In this document: piece after piece, positions 59,843 through 64,000 of the stretch
Layout: each line of letters opens with the position of its first letter
Numbering within the stretch: the first letter of the stretch is position 1
From: an uncultured Aliarcobacter sp.
GTDB lineage: Bacteria > Campylobacterota > Campylobacteria > Campylobacterales > Arcobacteraceae
Assembly: GCA_963677435.1 (NCBI GenBank)
Contig: OY781945.1
Coordinates: 2,240,001-2,304,000 of the forward strand
DNA: 64,000 bases
Direction: 5' to 3'
The notes under the pieces: model-generated
Databases searched by the model: none
What the model was told of the DNA's origin: nothing
What the model saw: only the letters and a program-made list of their open reading frames with translations
Made by a program: the position numbers and the translations under genes

Positions 59843-61594
59843 ATGGAATTAGTTTATTTATGGGTTGAAGAGTATAAAAATATTAAGAATCAAGGGTTTA
59901 GATTTTCGCCTAGGTTTGAGTGTGAGTTTGATGGTGAGAATTTAACTATTACTGAAAATAAAGATTATGTGAGTATTTTTCCTAAAAATATTAATATTAC
60001 TGCTATTGTTGGGGAGAATGGGAGTGGAAAGAGTAGTCTTTATGAATTATTATTTAATTTAATTCATAATGTAGAAATTCAAAATCCAAATTCTCTTAAT
60101 TTTATTGTTACATTCGATAAAAAAGAAAATCAGTATTTTATTAATAATAAAAAAAATCTAGACATAAATATAAATGGAGAAAAAAATCAATGTAGAATTA
60201 GTACAGATGATAATTATCTATTATTATTATTAGATTTAGTTTATTCACCTTGGAATATTGTTAATTCTAAAAATAAAACCACTTACAAAGAAAATTATGC
60301 ATTAGAACCATCTCGAATTTTATCAAATTCAAGTCTTGCAAATAAAATGGATATTAATGGTTTTGACAGTAATTTAAAGAGTTTTGGTTTTTATGGATAT
60401 ATGTATCTTAAAAATAGCAGTATTCAAAATGATTTCTCTAAAAAATTAAAAGAATTAAAAAATGTTAGAATTGAAGAAAGAACAGACGATAAAATAAGAA
60501 GATTAAAAGAATTTATGATTTTAATTACTATTAATGAAAAAGCTATTAAAGAATTTCAATTATATTTTCCAATAAATATAAATATTTCTCATATTAAAAC
60601 TATTTATAAAGAATTTGAAGTTTATGAACAAAATTTTAAGACTAAAAAAGATATTAAAGAATCCTTTAAAAAATTTATGGAAGAGCATGAAAACTACGAA
60701 TCTGATTTAATAAATAATTTAAATGCTTTTAATATAGCAATTATTCCCACTCTAAATGAAAATATAAATAACATAACAAAAATCTATAACAACTGTAAAA
60801 ATTTATATCTTCTTTTTTCTTTATACAATTTTGAAATAATATTTGTTGATAATTCCAAATTTAAAGATTTAAGCAGTGGACAAAGTACATTGCTTTCATA
60901 TATAGGTTATCTTGCAAGATATATAAAATATTGTCAAAACTCAAATAAAAAATCTTGTACTATTATTATTGATGAATGTGAAACTTCACTACATCCAAAT
61001 TGGCAAAAACAAACAGTTAAATTCTTTTTAGATTCAATCAGAAATGAAGTTTCAACAAATTTTGAAATCAATTTAATATTTATTTCACATTCTCCTTTTA
61101 TACTTTCTGACATTCCAAAAGATAATGTAATATTTTTGGATAAATTTGATGATAAAGAAACAGAGATAATATATCCAAAATTAAAAATTAATGGATTAGA
61201 AAATGGAAATTGTATAAATGTAAGTGAATATATGGAACTCAAAACCTTTGGAGCAAATATTCATACTTTACTTTCAGATGGCTTTTTTATGAGTGGTGGG
61301 CTTATGGGTGAGTTTGCGAAAAATAAGATTACAAAAATACTTAGATTTTTGAATGATGATAATAAATTTATCGATTTATCACGAAATACAAAAATTCCTT
61401 TTTTAATACCAGAAAATTATTTGGCAAAAAATCTAAAACCTATTATTAAATCTATTGGAGAAGATTTTCTGAGAAATAAGCTTTTAAATTTATATCGTAA
61501 CAAATTTATAAAAGATGAAAAAGAGAAAGAAAAACTTATTTTAAAAAATAAAATTAATGAATTACAAAAACAATATGATGAGTTAAATAAATGA
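59843..61594 (+). CDS. ABC/AAA-type ATPase (PtuA/OLD/AAA_21-like), putative defence
   Basis: Walker A GENGSGKS, signature LSSGQ, Walker B IIIDE, SLHP, ISHSP; no TM helices. Confidence 0.85.
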   Translation: MELVYLWVEEYKNIKNQGFRFSPRFECEFDGENLTITENKDYVSIFPKNINITAIVGENGSGKSSLYELLFNLIHNVEIQNPNSLNFIVTFDKKENQYFINNKKNLDININGEKNQCRISTDDNYLLLLLDLVYSPWNIVNSKNKTTYKENYALEPSRILSNSSLANKMDINGFDSNLKSFGFYGYMYLKNSSIQNDFSKKLKELKNVRIEERTDDKIRRLKEFMILITINEKAIKEFQLYFPININISHIKTIYKEFEVYEQNFKTKKDIKESFKKFMEEHENYESDLINNLNAFNIAIIPTLNENINNITKIYNNCKNLYLLFSLYNFEIIFVDNSKFKDLSSGQSTLLSYIGYLARYIKYCQNSNKKSCTIIIDECETSLHPNWQKQTVKFFLDSIRNEVSTNFEINLIFISHSPFILSDIPKDNVIFLDKFDDKETEIIYPKLKINGLENGNCINVSEYMELKTFGANIHTLLSDGFFMSGGLMGEFAKNKITKILRFLNDDNKFIDLSRNTKIPFLIPENYLAKNLKPIIKSIGEDFLRNKLLNLYRNKFIKDEKEKEKLILKNKINELQKQYDELNK

Positions 61595-62703
61595 TAAAAA
61601 TCAAGCCAAATAATCTAGCTTGTGATGAGCATATTAATTTTTTAAAACCAAAAATTGAAAATAGAATAGAAACTATACTAGAAGATAAGAAAATAACAAA
61701 AGATGGAAAAGATATTTTAGTAAATAGTGAAATAAAATCTTGTTTAATTTGTATTAAAAATAATTTAGAAATTATTCTTAGAGCAAATCCTGATGAATTG
61801 AAAAAAATCATAAAATTTTTTCAAATAAAATATTTTTGTATCGCAAAAAAATATAAGGAAAAAGAGCCTAAAGCTCCTATTTACAAGATAGTTTATAATA
61901 TTTTTGTAGAAAATGGCTATAATGATTATTTATCAAAAGTAGAAATTGAGAAACAAAAAAATAGTCAAAAAATCAAAATTGAAAAAGAATATCATGCTTA
62001 TAAATTAGTTGAAAATCTAGGGATTAAAACTTGTCCTTATTGCAATAGAAGTTATATTTCATTTGTGGATGAGAAAAAAGATAATGAAGATAAAAATAAA
62101 GATGAGAAATCAAATAAAAAAACTCGTCCACAACTTGACCACTTTTATCCAAAAGCTATTTATCCATTTTTAGCCTGTAGTTTTTACAATCTAATTCCAA
62201 GTTGTAGTGCTTGTAATCATATGAAAAGTGATGATGATAGTTATCCTGATGAAAAAGATGGAAATTTAGTACATCCTTACAATGTAAAAGATAGTGATTT
62301 TACTTTTTCATATACTCTTAATGATTTAAAAATTACAAAAATTTTTGATACAAATAAAAAAGATATTAATTTTGAATATGAAGAAAGTATTGGTATATCA
62401 CTTAATACAAAATATTCTAAAAATGATGAATATTTTCAACTTCAAGAAATCTATCAAAATCATAAAGACATAGTTATTGAACTTATTTTAAAAGAGATAA
62501 ATTACCCAAAAAGTTATATTCAAGAATTAATCAAAAATGGCTTTGGAACAGAAGAAGAGATTTACAGATTTGTCTTTTCAAACTATTTATCGATTGATGA
62601 TTTACACAAACGACCACTTAGTAAACTTACAAAAGACATAGTTAAAGAACTGGGGATTTTATATAAAATTGAATTAGCTATAAATGAGAAACACCTCATT
62701 TAA
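61591..62703 (+). CDS. HNH endonuclease (PtuB-like), putative defence
   Basis: CPYC...LDHFYPK..YP.LA.S.YNLIPSCSACN; ATGA overlap with the ATPase. Confidence 0.85.
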   Translation: MIKIKPNNLACDEHINFLKPKIENRIETILEDKKITKDGKDILVNSEIKSCLICIKNNLEIILRANPDELKKIIKFFQIKYFCIAKKYKEKEPKAPIYKIVYNIFVENGYNDYLSKVEIEKQKNSQKIKIEKEYHAYKLVENLGIKTCPYCNRSYISFVDEKKDNEDKNKDEKSNKKTRPQLDHFYPKAIYPFLACSFYNLIPSCSACNHMKSDDDSYPDEKDGNLVHPYNVKDSDFTFSYTLNDLKITKIFDTNKKDINFEYEESIGISLNTKYSKNDEYFQLQEIYQNHKDIVIELILKEINYPKSYIQELIKNGFGTEEEIYRFVFSNYLSIDDLHKRPLSKLTKDIVKELGILYKIELAINEKHLI

Positions 62704-62726
62704 TAGCTTTTTTAAGTGTTTATTTT

Positions 62727-63155
62727 TTACGCTTCTTCCGTCACATAAAAAGTAGTTTTTCCATTTTTAGGGTCAAAATTTTCACCCTTTTTTGAAATAT
62801 ATGTGTTTATAATTTTTCTTGCTTTTACAAATGAACTTGCATTTCCTATCTCTTCTCTTTTATCAGCTGGTGTGATTACAGTTTTGTCGTAACCTTTTGC
62901 AAATTTTTTGGCAACACTTGGGTCTTGAAATGTATATTTAACAATCTCAATATCTCTTTTTACATCTATTGTTGCTTTTTTCTTTTCATCTTCAAATCTT
63001 AAAATTCTATTTCCATTTGATGATATTTTCATTGTAGTTGCTGTTTCAATATTTTCTGTGTCTTCAACGATTACATATTCTTTTCCATTTATTAATAATA
63101 TTTCATCATCTATTTTTTTAATCTCTTTGATTATTGTTTTTTTACCTTTTGCCAT
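62727..63155 (-). CDS. Hypothetical protein
   Basis: 142 aa ORF, AAGGG SD; no recognised motif. Confidence 0.65.
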   Translation of the reverse strand: MAKGKKTIIKEIKKIDDEILLINGKEYVIVEDTENIETATTMKISSNGNRILRFEDEKKKATIDVKRDIEIVKYTFQDPSVAKKFAKGYDKTVITPADKREEIGNASSFVKARKIINTYISKKGENFDPKNGKTTFYVTEEA

Positions 63156-63290
63156 TTATAACCCTTTATATATTTTCTATTGATTTCGTATTGTAGCTAA
63201 TATTTACGCCCTATTCTTGGAATATATTTTTTTTGGCTATAATGAATACCTTTTATAGAAAAATCAACAAGAAGAAAGAACAAAAATCAA

Positions 63291-64000
63291 ATGAATTTAT
63301 TATCAAAAAATAGCCCAGTAGAACAATCAATTAATAAAATGAAAGCTGTATTAAAAGATGTTGGTTGTGAAGCCTCATTTTCACAAGAAAAACACCCTTT
63401 AGAAAACTGTTTTTCAGTAAACTTAGCTTCAAATGAAGCACCAAATCATATCTATTCAAATGGAAAAGGCACTATCTCAGACGCATCAATTGCCAGTGCT
63501 TATGGAGAATACATCGAAAGATTACAAACTAACAACTTTTTTATAGATTTCCATTTACCAAATAGAAAATATTATCCTGATGAAGTTGCTTTTGATTTTG
63601 ATGGAGATTATTTAAATGCTGAATTAAAAAAAATCTATGATGCAGATGGAGAATTAGAGCCAAAAGATTTGGTAGACTTCAACAGCGATTATATGGATAA
63701 AATCGTGGCACTTCCTTTTATCAAAGAATCAACAAAAGAAAAAACATATATTCCAATAAATATTTTAAGTAACCTATTTGTAAGTAATGGACTTGCTACT
63801 GGAAACACTGCAAATGAAGCAAAAGTTCAAGCATTAAGTGAAATCTTTGAAAGATATGCAAAAATCGCTATTATCAAAGAAGGATATGCACTTCCAAAGT
63901 TTCCAGATGAAGTTGTAAAATCATTTCCAAAAGTTTATAAAGATGCACAAACTTTAAGAGATTTAGGTTACATAATCGAGATTTTAGATGCAAGTTTGGG
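63291..64000 (+). CDS. ycaO: YcaO-like protein, 3'-truncated by window edge (absent from ORF track)
   Basis: Own translation from ATG 63291: SNGKG, ASAYGEYIERL, SNGLATGNT..EAKVQALSEIFER. Confidence 0.85.
   Translation, partial: MNLLSKNSPVEQSINKMKAVLKDVGCEASFSQEKHPLENCFSVNLASNEAPNHIYSNGKGTISDASIASAYGEYIERLQTNNFFIDFHLPNRKYYPDEVAFDFDGDYLNAELKKIYDADGELEPKDLVDFNSDYMDKIVALPFIKESTKEKTYIPINILSNLFVSNGLATGNTANEAKVQALSEIFERYAKIAIIKEGYALPKFPDEVVKSFPKVYKDAQTLRDLGYIIEILDASL

Noticed and set aside
1..64000. Phase-variable poly-G/C tracts, tRNA or rRNA genes
   Set aside because: No long G/C homopolymer or GC-rich structural RNA gene noticed; A/T runs are expected at this composition

Overview
AT-rich chromosomal window, most likely from an Arcobacteraceae (Campylobacterota) genome. 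Clues are the 'AHQWRQPL' kinase H-box, the glyA-ada linkage, the MlaA-MlaC-MMPL trio and extended -10 (TGnTATAAT) promoters. About 55 CDS; I see no rRNA, tRNA, CRISPR array, transposase or integrase. Content in order: end of a Zn/Mn ABC transporter; a CheB-CheR-PAS-histidine kinase fusion; an accessory block (pentapeptide protein, class D beta-lactamase, MarC, Crp/Fnr, GNAT, DUF711, D-2-hydroxyacid dehydrogenase, EamA); acnB; def; a complete beta-oxidation operon ending in an acyltransferase-lipase fusion; yebC; mlaA-mlaC-MMPL; a Dsb/TlpA cluster; rraA; an NdvB-like GH17-GT2 glucan synthase; betT; glyA-ada; two REC-PAS-coiled-coil paralogues; rhlE; a Septu/PtuAB-like ATPase+HNH candidate defence pair; and a partial ycaO. 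Best leads: (i) a Crp/Fnr-controlled GNAT-DUF711 unit with a perfect palindrome at about -41.5; (ii) an unannotated ~100-nt sRNA candidate with an anti-Shine-Dalgarno motif; (iii) the ATPase-HNH module with mosaic composition; (iv) a possibly self-methylating CheBR kinase; (v) a structured 135-nt rhlE leader. All family calls come from recognising motifs by eye; no searches were run.
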